A stretch of DNA of 64,000 bases from an uncultured Acidobacteriota bacterium (GTDB lineage: Bacteria > Acidobacteriota > UBA6911 > RPQK01 > JAPXNP01): the NCBI GenBank assembly GCA_963823995.1, contig CAWGNQ010000009.1:173079-237078 (forward strand), written 5' to 3'. Below the pieces are notes generated by a model. The model made no database searches, was not told the DNA's origin, and worked only from the letters and a program-made list of their open reading frames with translations. This document shows positions 36,664 to 45,136 of the stretch, piece after piece; the stretch's first letter is position 1, and each line of letters opens with the position of its first letter. The position numbers and the translations under genes are program-made.

Positions 36664-36675
36664 ATTTGGGGATGC

Positions 36676-37455
36676 TCACCTGATGATCCGCTTTGCCATC
36701 GAGTGCATGGCAAGATTGGCGGCGATGAAGGTCAGGACGACCATCCAGAGAAGGTCCAGCAGAAGGTCCCCACTCCATCGATTCAGCACGAGTGCACGCT
36801 GCAGGCTCACGGCATGGGTCAGGGGAGAGAACCAGGCGAGGATCTGGATGCTCTTCGGCAGGCTTTCGATGGGGAAGAAGACGCCGGAAAAGAGGAACAT
36901 AGGCGTCAACCCAAGTGTGATGTAGTAATTGAAGCTGTCGATGGCCGGGGCCTTCGAGGTGAAGATCATCGCCAGTGATGCAAACATGAGCCCTTCGATA
37001 AAGGCCACGGGAAGGGTCAGGACAGCCCACACCGAGTGGACGAGACCGAAAAGGGTAATGATCACCAACACGCCGAAAGAGGCGAAAACCGCCCGGCTGC
37101 CGCCCCAGAGGATTTCGCCGAAGATGACCTCCTCCACGTTGAGCGGCGTTGCAAGAGCTGCATCGAAGGTTTTTTGGAACTCCATCCGAACGAACGATCC
37201 GAAGAGGCACTCGAACGAGGAGACGAACATGCCCGCCGTCGCGACGAAGGCCGGCGCCAGGAACTGGAGGAAGCTCAATCCTTCGATTCGAGTGACATAG
37301 CCTCCGAGTCCCAGCCCCAGTGCCACGACGTAGAGGATGGGCTCGACAAACGGCGGCCACGTCTCCGTCTTCCACAGCCGCAGCAAAACGCTCAGATTCC
37401 GTTGCCACACCCGAACGGTGCGATAGCTGACTTTCAGAAACGGAAGTGTGCCCAT
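36676..37455 (-). CDS. ABC-2 type exporter permease (NodJ/DrrB-like)
   Basis: 259 aa with six hydrophobic segments. The N-terminus LKVSYRTVRVWQRNLSVLLRLWKTETWPPFVEPILYVVALGLGLG is typical of ABC-2 permeases. It starts 5 nt after the ATPase gene stop. Confidence 0.85.
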   Translation of the reverse strand: MGTLPFLKVSYRTVRVWQRNLSVLLRLWKTETWPPFVEPILYVVALGLGLGGYVTRIEGLSFLQFLAPAFVATAGMFVSSFECLFGSFVRMEFQKTFDAALATPLNVEEVIFGEILWGGSRAVFASFGVLVIITLFGLVHSVWAVLTLPVAFIEGLMFASLAMIFTSKAPAIDSFNYYITLGLTPMFLFSGVFFPIESLPKSIQILAWFSPLTHAVSLQRALVLNRWSGDLLLDLLWMVVLTFIAANLAMHSMAKRIIR

Positions 37456-37459
37456 TCGG

Positions 37460-38383
37460 TCAATCCCGCAGGACCCGGCCTGTCAGCTTGAGAAAGACGT
37501 CTTCGAGCGTCGCCGCCCTCCGAACCAGCCGTTCGATGCCTGGCTGGTCCGTGATCGTCTGCTCCAGCTCTTGCTTCTCATCCGTGTAAACGTAGACCAC
37601 ATCGGCCACCCGTTCGAACTCCGCCGCTAAGGTTCGGAGGACGGAGACGAACTCGTCGATCCGGTCCACGGCCAGACGCACCTCGAAAACCTGTGGAAGG
37701 ACGTGTCTCTCGATCAGTGCGGAAGGTGGCCCGACGTCGAGCAGCCGGCCGTGATCCATGATCGCCACCCGATCGCACAACTGCGCCGCCTCACCCATGT
37801 TGTGCGTCGTCAGGATCAGCGTCACGCCTTCCGCCTGAAGCTGACGCAGCTTCTGCCAGACCAGATGGCGGGCCTGAGGATCAAGACCGGTCGTCGGCTC
37901 GTCGGCAATCAGGATCTTCGGACGATTGATCAGTGCCCGAGCAATGGTCAGTCGGCGTTTCATGCCTCCCGACAGAAATCGGATAGAGTCGTCGCGGCGC
38001 TCCCAGAGCTGGACGAAGTCGAGCACTTCTCGGGCCCGCTTCAGAGCCTCCGTCTTCTTGATGTCGAAGAAACGGGCATAGACGACCAGATTTTGGACAA
38101 CCTTGAGATCGGGATCCAGATTGTCTTCCTGCGGAATCACCCCAAGCCGGGCCTTGACCGACCGGATCTCCGTTTTGACGTCGCGTCCAAGGACATAAAG
38201 ACCGCCTTCACTGATCGGGGAGAATCCGTAGATCATTCGCATCGTGCTGGTCTTGCCGGCTCCGTTCGGTCCGAGGAATCCGAAGCACTCGCCGGGCCGG
38301 ATTTCCAGATCAATGGCGTCTACGGCTGTAAACGAACCGAAACGTTTGGTCAGTTTTTGGGCGGAGATAGCCGGCTCACTCAT
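37460..38383 (-). CDS. ABC-2 type exporter ATP-binding protein (NodI/DrrA-like)
   Basis: Start moved to ATG 38383 (MSEPAISAQKLTKRFGSFTAV). Walker A GPNGAGKTST, signature LSGGMKRRLTIARAL, Walker B ILIADEPTTGLD. The 184 upstream codons of the listed ORF are translated repeat elements. Confidence 0.9.
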   Translation of the reverse strand: MSEPAISAQKLTKRFGSFTAVDAIDLEIRPGECFGFLGPNGAGKTSTMRMIYGFSPISEGGLYVLGRDVKTEIRSVKARLGVIPQEDNLDPDLKVVQNLVVYARFFDIKKTEALKRAREVLDFVQLWERRDDSIRFLSGGMKRRLTIARALINRPKILIADEPTTGLDPQARHLVWQKLRQLQAEGVTLILTTHNMGEAAQLCDRVAIMDHGRLLDVGPPSALIERHVLPQVFEVRLAVDRIDEFVSVLRTLAAEFERVADVVYVYTDEKQELEQTITDQPGIERLVRRAATLEDVFLKLTGRVLRD

Positions 38384-38534
38384 CGGACAGATCTGATTCT
38401 TCCATGAAAGGGGATCCGCACGGAAGCGAGCTACGCCCCTCCGGAGGCGCACAACCGGCGACGGATTCGAGAGCCGACGAGGCTCCGGATTCCGAAGTTC
38501 CTCCAGGAGAACGGACCATGGCGTTACGGGTTTC

Positions 38535-38758
38535 GGGGGACGTGTTGCCGAAATCTTTTCGCCCCCCGAGCTTGCGGCCATCTCGGCGAGACGTGCAGAA
38601 CCGATTCCAAGCAGCGTCCGCAACGACCGCCACGGGCTCCGAACCCGGAAGGCCCCGTTGCGTCCGCAGCGTCCGCCGCGTGGGGTCGAACCGCTGAGGT
38701 CCCGTTCACGGGACCGGAAAGGTCGGCGAGCGACCGGGGTCATTTGGGCAACGCGCGC
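38535..38758. mobile_element. MITE-like repeat element, family A, copy 2 (diverged, ~224 bp)
   Basis: Ends GGGGGACGTGTTGCC .. GGGCAACGCGCGC. It shares the internal blocks GGCGAGAC.TGCAGAACCGATTCCA, CCGTTGCGTCCGCAGCG and GTCGAACCGCTGAGGTC with copies 1 and 3. Confidence 0.55.
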
Positions 38759-38770
38759 GCGAAACGTGGA

Positions 38771-38809
38771 ACGGGAGAACGGGAGAACCGGAGGACGGGA
38801 GAACCGGAG
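38771..38809. repeat. short GGGAGAAC(CGGAG) microrepeat between element copies 2 and 3
   Basis: ACGGGAGAACGGGAGAACCGGAGGACGGGAGAACCGGAG. A closely related string, CCGGGAGAGAACCGGAGAACGGGTGAATCGGAGGACCGGAG, occurs at 41661-41701. Confidence 0.6.
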
Positions 38810-38843
38810 TTGACATCTGCAACGTTCCGGATTCGACGATTCG

Positions 38844-39069
38844 GGGGCGTGTTGCCCAAACCCTCTCGAACCTGCCCTAACTCTGGTCGCCCGGCCGGCG
38901 AGACCTCCAGAACCGATTTCACGCCAAGACGACAAGTCGCAAAGGAGTTAAAAACAAAGAGAACCGTTGCGTGCGCTGCGGCTTCCATGAGATCGAACCG
39001 CCGAGGTCTCGCGTACAGGCCGGAATCCCAAACCAGAAGGGGGCAGAGACGAATTGAGCAAACACGCCC
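38844..39069. mobile_element. MITE-like repeat element, family A, copy 3 (~226 bp)
   Basis: GGGGCGTGTTGCCCAAACCCTCTCGAACCTGCCCTAAC.. at the left end and ..GAATTGAGCAAACACGCCC at the right. Collinear with copy 1, and most positions are identical by eye. Confidence 0.7.
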
Positions 39070-39175
39070 TCGAGTTTTGAATCTCCGAAGCCCGTCACCC
39101 GAAACGATGAATGGACTGCTTCTGCTCAGGCTCTCAGAAATTCCCTCACGCCTTCCGGCGAGGAGCGAACAGGGC

Positions 39176-40129
39176 CTACGAAATCCCGAGTTCCTGCTTC
39201 GCCGCATCGATGAATTTCGAGGCGTTCGAAGTATTCCCGTATTGAGACTTCAGGAGATTGTACAGTTCCTTCCGTGCATCCCTCGCACTGGAACCGTTGA
39301 TGGCGACCGCTTTGGCGAAGGCGTTGATCGCATCGATGGCTTTGCCCTGCCGCCAGTAGCAGTATCCAAGCTGCAGATGGGCAAAGTCATTCATGGGATC
39401 CAGTTGCGCGGCCTGCTCGAAGTACTTCTGCGCCGCCGTCATGTCGCTGGCGAGAAAGGCCTTCTGACCGAGAGCCCGGTAGGAGTAGGCCTTCAAGCCG
39501 GCTACCTTGGGATCGTCGTTCCCTTTGAGCGCCGCGAGGATCTTCTCTCCGTACGAAGCGGCCTGATTGAGATTCCCTTCTCGCCAACTGGCCGTCATCA
39601 GTTCGACTGCGATGTCGACGGCTTCTGGAGAATGCTGCAGCGTTCTCTCGGCCCACTTCCTGAAATTCGCAGTGTCATTGATCGATTGGTAAGCCTTGGC
39701 CACAAGATAGGCCGTCGATCCGCTCGGCGCTTTGGCGTAGAGGCCCGTACCGAACTTGATGAGCTTCTGCGTCTGCCCGAGTTTGCTGTAGGCCTCGACT
39801 GCGAGCGCGGCAACCCGGGAGTCGCCAGGACGGTGCTGCAGGAATTTCTCGGCCTCCGAGGCCACCTTCTCCCACTGTCCCTGATCGCGCAGGGCCGTCA
39901 GATAGGTCGAATAGAGGTAGGCAATGTTGGGATCGAGATCCGACTTCGAGTAGGTCGAAACGAATTTGAGGACCAGCGCGTTGCGCTTGGCCACATCGGT
40001 TTCCTGACTCGCCTGCTGATAAAGCGCGTACTCCTCGGCATAGGTCGGGCTCTGCTGTGCCCGGACGGCTGCAGGGAGGGAAAAGATCACAAGGGCAAAT
40101 ACGACTGCGCTGACTCGCCGGACTTTCAT
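39176..40129 (-). CDS. secreted tetratricopeptide-repeat protein
   Basis: Signal peptide MKVRRVSAVVFALVIFSLPAAVRAQ, then repeated A..Y..LG/A..Y..A 34-aa units through to the C-terminus. Confidence 0.8.
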   Translation of the reverse strand: MKVRRVSAVVFALVIFSLPAAVRAQQSPTYAEEYALYQQASQETDVAKRNALVLKFVSTYSKSDLDPNIAYLYSTYLTALRDQGQWEKVASEAEKFLQHRPGDSRVAALAVEAYSKLGQTQKLIKFGTGLYAKAPSGSTAYLVAKAYQSINDTANFRKWAERTLQHSPEAVDIAVELMTASWREGNLNQAASYGEKILAALKGNDDPKVAGLKAYSYRALGQKAFLASDMTAAQKYFEQAAQLDPMNDFAHLQLGYCYWRQGKAIDAINAFAKAVAINGSSARDARKELYNLLKSQYGNTSNASKFIDAAKQELGIS

Positions 40130-40301
40130 GACATCCTCCTAAAGATGCATGCATGGAATGCAAGAACTATTCCGAGTCGATGTTACCGCTTTGGAACCGA
40201 AGAATACACCCCGGCGAGATCCCGCGGGTGGGCCGAACGCCCCGGAGTCCAAGGGGGGTGAGCAATATGGCCCAGTCCCGGCGTCCCCGCGGCGGGAAAC
40301 A

Positions 40302-40781
40302 TTAATGGCGGCGGGGCGTGACCGAAGCGTGATAATGATAGACGCGCCATCCGTTGTCGGTCCGGCGCCACAGGATCGTCGCTCGCCCGCGTATCTTCTG
40401 CTCCGTCCCATCGGACTGTGCCTGTGTCTGGGTCCACGTTCCGGTCTCCAGCGCATGATCACCCTGCAGATCGACGCGGAGATCGTCTCCGAATTCGAAG
40501 CCGGTCAAACGGCCGTTCCGTGTCGCCGCGGTCCAGACTCTTTTGAGACGGTCGAGCCCGTACAGGGGCCCCTCGTTGATGTCGTAGTAGACATTGGTCG
40601 GACTTGGGTCGAAGACCCTGTCCAGGATGGACAGATCACCGCTGACGATGGAGGCACAGAACTCGGACGTAAGGTCGCGGATCTGTTGCTCATCGGCTTG
40701 TGCGGCCCGTGTGACGGGCGTGGAGAAAACCAGACTGAGAGACAGAAGTGCCGGCAGGCACAACGTACGCTTCATGGCCAA
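40302..40781 (-). CDS. secreted NTF2-like (SnoaL/DUF4440-type) protein
   Basis: Signal peptide, then QIRDLTSEFCASIVSGDLSILDRVF.. and a C-terminal RGRATILWRRTDNGWRVYHYHAS, typical of the DUF4440/SnoaL-like fold. Confidence 0.6.
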   Translation of the reverse strand: MAMKRTLCLPALLSLSLVFSTPVTRAAQADEQQIRDLTSEFCASIVSGDLSILDRVFDPSPTNVYYDINEGPLYGLDRLKRVWTAATRNGRLTGFEFGDDLRVDLQGDHALETGTWTQTQAQSDGTEQKIRGRATILWRRTDNGWRVYHYHASVTPRRH

Positions 40782-40890
40782 CCTCCGAAAGAAGTCTTGT
40801 GGTACTTGAACAGAAGATTAACTTTCGGAGAGTGCCTCGTCAAATCGACCGTCGAGAGGCCGATCGGACATCGTCCCGGGCCGGAACGGC

Positions 40891-41463
40891 TCAGGCCAGA
40901 TGGACCAGGAAGTGGCAGGTCCTGCCACCACGACGAAGTGATTCTACGACTTCGACGCGGATGGGTCGACCGAGCGCGGTTTCGAACACAGTCTGATGCG
41001 TCGACCGCGTGCACTCGCAGTGGAGATCGTTCGGCTTGGGAGCGCGGTAGTTGGCCGCCGGGCAATAACAGCGGCTCGACACTTCCCCGTAACGGATGTG
41101 CACCAGCTCTCCGTCACGCCAGATTTCAAAATTTCTCTTGTAGGCTTCGATCAACTTGTCGATGTCACCCTTGCCGTCTCTCGCGATGTTCTGTTTGAAC
41201 TCGTGGCGGCGGTAGCAGCCCCTCCCGCAGCCTGCAATCAGCTTCTCCGCGGTTTCCCGATCGAGTTCGGTTTCGACCGTGTCCAGTAGGTCGGTCAGCC
41301 AATTCTGGATGAACTCCTTCTCCTGTGTGATTTGGGCCAGATCGCCGTCCGACTCCTGCGCCGTCGCCAACGCCGAGCCCTCCGTTCCTCCCAGCACGAC
41401 CAGCGCCCCCGAGCAGAGCCCGAATTTCAATGACTTCTCGAAAAACTCCTTGCGATCCATCAT
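40891..41463 (-). CDS. hypothetical Cys-rich protein
   Basis: Start moved to ATG 41463 (MMDRKEFFEKSLKFGLCSGALVVLGG, preceded by AGGAGG). Cysteine motifs: GCGRGCY, SRCYCP, LHCECT, GRTCHF. I cannot name a family. Confidence 0.5.
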   Translation of the reverse strand: MMDRKEFFEKSLKFGLCSGALVVLGGTEGSALATAQESDGDLAQITQEKEFIQNWLTDLLDTVETELDRETAEKLIAGCGRGCYRRHEFKQNIARDGKGDIDKLIEAYKRNFEIWRDGELVHIRYGEVSSRCYCPAANYRAPKPNDLHCECTRSTHQTVFETALGRPIRVEVVESLRRGGRTCHFLVHLA

Positions 41464-41786
41464 TTCACACTCCTCCTGCCAAACACTCCGCCTCGGCTCC
41501 CGAGATCCGGCTCTGACCGAGCAGGCCCCACAGATCCGCCGCACTATGGGATTTGGATGTACATCGATGGAAATGTGTTCACATCGGACTGACCCGCGAG
41601 GGTTCCCTTTCCGGAGCAGGATACTCCTTGCCTCAACAGGACGAAAGGCAAGTCAGGATGCCGGGAGAGAACCGGAGAACGGGTGAATCGGAGGACCGGA
41701 GTTTCAGGCCGGGGAACCAATTGGTCGGCGTGTGCGTTCTAGATGTTGAGCTTGGATCAACGAGCGAGATGGCTCAAGGAGTAAAC

Positions 41787-43148
41787 ATGCAGATGCTGCG
41801 CAGATCGATGACTTTCGTGTTGGTATCCTTTTTGGGATTTTCCTGTTCGTGGGCCATGTCGACGATCGACGATCCCCATGGGCAGGAGGTCGATGCTTTG
41901 TTTCAGGCGGTAGCCGACGGATCACCGGGAGCCGCCATCCTGGTTACCCGCAACGGCCGCGTCCTGTACGAGCACGGCTATGGCCTGGCAGACGTCGAGC
42001 AGGGAGTTCCCATCACGCCGTCGACTCGATTTTGCATCGGGTCGGTCACCAAGCAGTTCACAGCCGCCGCCATCCTGATCCTGACCGAGAGAGGCCAGAT
42101 CGAACTGGATGCGGCTGTGCACACGTACCTCGCGGATTTTGCACACGGCGATATCTCGGTCCGACAGCTGCTGACACACACTGCCGGCGTACCTGACTTC
42201 TTGAGCGTGGGGCAGGCGAATACGACCCCTCTCGATTTCCCCCCGGGGGATCGTCTCAACTACAGCAACACAGGCTACATGGTGCTCGGGAGGATCATAG
42301 AACGGGTCTCCGGGCTCTCCTATGGGGCGTTCCTCGAGCGGAATATATTCGGACCGCTGCGAATGAAGAACACGGGCCTTGACTCGGCGAAGACCGTACC
42401 CACACGAGCCAGGGGATACCTCAATGGAAAAGAAGGCTTCGACCAGACACCGGCCCATTCGATGGAGAGCGCCTTTGCGGCGGGCGGCCTCTATTCCACG
42501 GTGGAAGACCTGTACCTCTGGGACCAGGCTTGGTACGGCAATCAGCTCTTGTCGCCTGCGAGTGTCGAGGCGGCCCTCACCCCCGTTCAGTTGAACGACG
42601 GCAGACGGGCTCCCTATGGATTCGGCTGGATGGTCACCCAATTCCGTGGACTCCGCGAGATTTCTCACGGGGGCGATATCAATGGTTTCAATGCATTTAT
42701 CGCCCGCTACCCGGAACAGCGTTTCAGTGTCATCGCGCTGAGCAACATCGGAATGCGGCCGCCGGGTCCCCTGCCGATGGCGGCGGAACTGGCGCACTCA
42801 ATTGCCGCCATCTACCTGGGCGAGAAGATGGCCCCCGAAAGGGAGTTCGTTCCAATCGTTGTGGATGACTCGATGCTCAAATCCTATGTAGGTCGATATC
42901 GTCTGGAGGCGCCGGCGCCCGTCATCGCCGAGGCTGGTGAGATCTTCACCATCACGCTTGAAGACGGTCACCTCATGGGAGAGAGCAAAAGCGGCAAGAC
43001 CGAGCTCCTCGCCGACTCACAGACTGTCTTCCATCCGCAGGGCTTTCCGGCGTCAATCACCTTCCTTTCGACCGACGACGGGGGCGTTCGAGAGATTCTC
43101 TTCAATCTCATGGGCCTACGGGAGTACAAGGCTCATCGAATCGACTAG
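41787..43148 (+). CDS. serine hydrolase of the beta-lactamase/penicillin-binding (class C-like) family
   Basis: ATG 41787 after AAGGAG (MQMLRRSMTFVLVSFLGFSCSWA). SxxK motif (CIGSVTKQF), YxN motif (LNYSNTGY), HGG-type block (ISHGGDINGF). Confidence 0.85.
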   Translation: MQMLRRSMTFVLVSFLGFSCSWAMSTIDDPHGQEVDALFQAVADGSPGAAILVTRNGRVLYEHGYGLADVEQGVPITPSTRFCIGSVTKQFTAAAILILTERGQIELDAAVHTYLADFAHGDISVRQLLTHTAGVPDFLSVGQANTTPLDFPPGDRLNYSNTGYMVLGRIIERVSGLSYGAFLERNIFGPLRMKNTGLDSAKTVPTRARGYLNGKEGFDQTPAHSMESAFAAGGLYSTVEDLYLWDQAWYGNQLLSPASVEAALTPVQLNDGRRAPYGFGWMVTQFRGLREISHGGDINGFNAFIARYPEQRFSVIALSNIGMRPPGPLPMAAELAHSIAAIYLGEKMAPEREFVPIVVDDSMLKSYVGRYRLEAPAPVIAEAGEIFTITLEDGHLMGESKSGKTELLADSQTVFHPQGFPASITFLSTDDGGVREILFNLMGLREYKAHRID

Positions 43149-43357
43149 GCCGGGAAGAGTCGGGCTGGGCAGGGACAGGTAGAGGATCTGTTCTTCCGGC
43201 GGGATCACCCTTCGCGGAGCCGAAATACGCAGTCTCTTAGTCACGGCGTTGTCGCCGCTGTTCAGCTTTGAACAGAAACAGCTGAAGTGAAGGGGACAAT
43301 CAGCCGATTTATGACTATATGTCTAGGAGAAGCCTCCAATTAAAAGCCTAGAGCAGC

Positions 43358-44596
43358 ATGACGTCCATGGCAAAGACCAGCATTTTCGTAGCCCGCCAGC
43401 CCATCTTCGATCGAGCGTGTCGCGTCCAGGGGTATGAACTCCTGTTTCGCCGAAGCCTCGAGAATGTCGCTCGCATCACGGATGGGCGCAGCGCCACGCG
43501 ACACGTCTTGTCTGCGAGCTACCTGGACATCGGCATCCAGCAATTGACCGCGGGAATGCCCGCCTTCATCAATTTCGGTCGGGACCTTCTGCTGGATGGG
43601 ACACCCCGCATGATGCCCCCGGAACAGGTCGTCATCGAGATTCTCGAAGACGTCGAGCCGGACGAAGAGGTCCTGCGAAGTGTTCGCTCCCTCAAGGCAC
43701 TCGGCTATCGTTTTGCTCTGGACGACTTCACCGGCAACGGTGCACTGGCTCCGCTCTATCCCCTGGCGGACATCGTGAAAGTCGATCTGATGGGGCTCGA
43801 TATGCGCCGGATCGCGAATGTTGTTCGGTCTCTGCGGGCCGACGACCGTCACAGGCCGACACTGCTGGCCGAAAAGGTAGAGAGCCACAGGCAGCTCGCC
43901 GATGCAAATACGCAGGGTTTCGACCTGTTTCAAGGCTACTTTTTCAGCATGCCTGAGGTTTTGCAGAGCACCAGGATTCCCGAATCGAAGCTTGCGCACC
44001 TCAAGTTGATGCAGACCTTTCAGGATCCTTCCGTGAATTTCCGGCGGATGGAGGAGATCGTCAAGAGTGACGTCGCACTGACCACGAAGCTCCTCAAGTA
44101 CATCAACGCAGCCGCCTTCCCCTGGGCCGGTCGGGTCCAGTCCGTCAAACATGCTCTGGTTATGCTCGGGGAGAGCAACATCCGTCGATGGGTCTCTCTG
44201 GTCAGTTTGACGGAGATGGCGCGCGACAAGCCCCACGAGTTGGCGGTCACCTCCACCTGCCGCGGCAAATTTTGCGAGCTCGCGGGTGAAGAGATGGACC
44301 GCGATCATACGGAACTGGATCATTTCCTGCTCGGGGCTCTCTCGACGCTGGATGCGATGCTCGATGTATCCATGGAGTCGGCGGTGGGACCACTTCCGAT
44401 CTCGTCCGAGCTGAAAGCGGCGCTGTGCGGGGAGACCAATCGGCTCCGCAATCTGCTCGATCTGACCACTTCGTACGAGCGTGGCGACTGGCCTCTCCTT
44501 CAAACACTTTGCAGAAAGGCCAACCTCCGTGAAACAGCCCTTCCTCAGCTCTACAGGGAGGCACTCCTCTGGTCGGATCGCGTCATGCGGAACTGA
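43358..44596 (+). CDS. EAL domain + HDOD domain signalling protein
   Basis: FVARQPIFDRACRVQGYELLFR, VIEILEDVEPDEE, GYRFALDDFTG, IVKVDL. The HDOD-like half follows (LKLMQTFQDPSVNFRRMEEIVKSDVALTTKLLKYINAAAF). Confidence 0.85.
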   Translation: MTSMAKTSIFVARQPIFDRACRVQGYELLFRRSLENVARITDGRSATRHVLSASYLDIGIQQLTAGMPAFINFGRDLLLDGTPRMMPPEQVVIEILEDVEPDEEVLRSVRSLKALGYRFALDDFTGNGALAPLYPLADIVKVDLMGLDMRRIANVVRSLRADDRHRPTLLAEKVESHRQLADANTQGFDLFQGYFFSMPEVLQSTRIPESKLAHLKLMQTFQDPSVNFRRMEEIVKSDVALTTKLLKYINAAAFPWAGRVQSVKHALVMLGESNIRRWVSLVSLTEMARDKPHELAVTSTCRGKFCELAGEEMDRDHTELDHFLLGALSTLDAMLDVSMESAVGPLPISSELKAALCGETNRLRNLLDLTTSYERGDWPLLQTLCRKANLRETALPQLYREALLWSDRVMRN

Positions 44597-44615
44597 AGGG
44601 TCCGCGGCGGAACCC

Positions 44616-44999
44616 TCAAGCTTTGTCGACCCGAATGGCTCCAGACTGCAGCCTGTTTCCCCGACTCGCCAGTATCAGCAGACCGCCCATAATCGCCAGG
44701 TTCTTCAAGAAGTGAACGAGCTGGTTCTGGTCCGAGAAGTGGGTATGAAAGAAGAGCGTCACCGGAATCAGATAAGCAAAAAGAACCCAGGCTGCGACCG
44801 CGGTCTGGAAGCCCGTGAGAATCGCGACGCCGCAGGCAAGCTCAATGATCAGCGCAACCACGATTGCCGCGGCCGGCAACGGCACACCCATTGAACGAGC
44901 ATAGGCGACCTGCCCCGAAAACATGAAAATCTTCATCAGAGCGCTCAATATGAAGATGACGCTCATCAAGACCCTTCCGGCTATCAGTGTCTTGTTCAT
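44616..44999 (-). CDS. DoxX family membrane protein
   Basis: Start moved to ATG 44999 after AAGGAG (MNKTLIAGRVLMSVIFILSALMKIF). Four hydrophobic segments and a KNLAIMGGLL ending. Confidence 0.8.
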   Translation of the reverse strand: MNKTLIAGRVLMSVIFILSALMKIFMFSGQVAYARSMGVPLPAAAIVVALIIELACGVAILTGFQTAVAAWVLFAYLIPVTLFFHTHFSDQNQLVHFLKNLAIMGGLLILASRGNRLQSGAIRVDKA

Positions 45000-45136
45000 C
45001 TCTTGCTCCTTGTGACTTTGAAGTTCTTGCTTGTCTCGAGAATACACCGACTGCCGCGGACCTTTCGGGTCCCGGTGGAGTCTGATACTCTGGCCCCGGT
45101 CGACCGGTTCCAGGAAGGGAGGCGTTGGCTGAACCT

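Noticed and set aside
38384-40261. 5' 184 codons of ORF 37460..38935 and the 505-aa ORF 38744..40261
   Set aside because: Both are translations of the family A repeat copies, giving recurring RATRVRAGSRGF strings. The 505-aa ORF is also antisense to the TPR gene. Neither is real coding sequence.
43270-43300. Alternative hairpins CTGTTCAGCTTTGAACAG / TTCAGC..GCTGAA upstream of the EAL-HDOD gene as an attenuator or riboswitch
   Set aside because: The stems are short (6-7 bp), with no U-tract and no recognisable riboswitch core. The evidence is insufficient.
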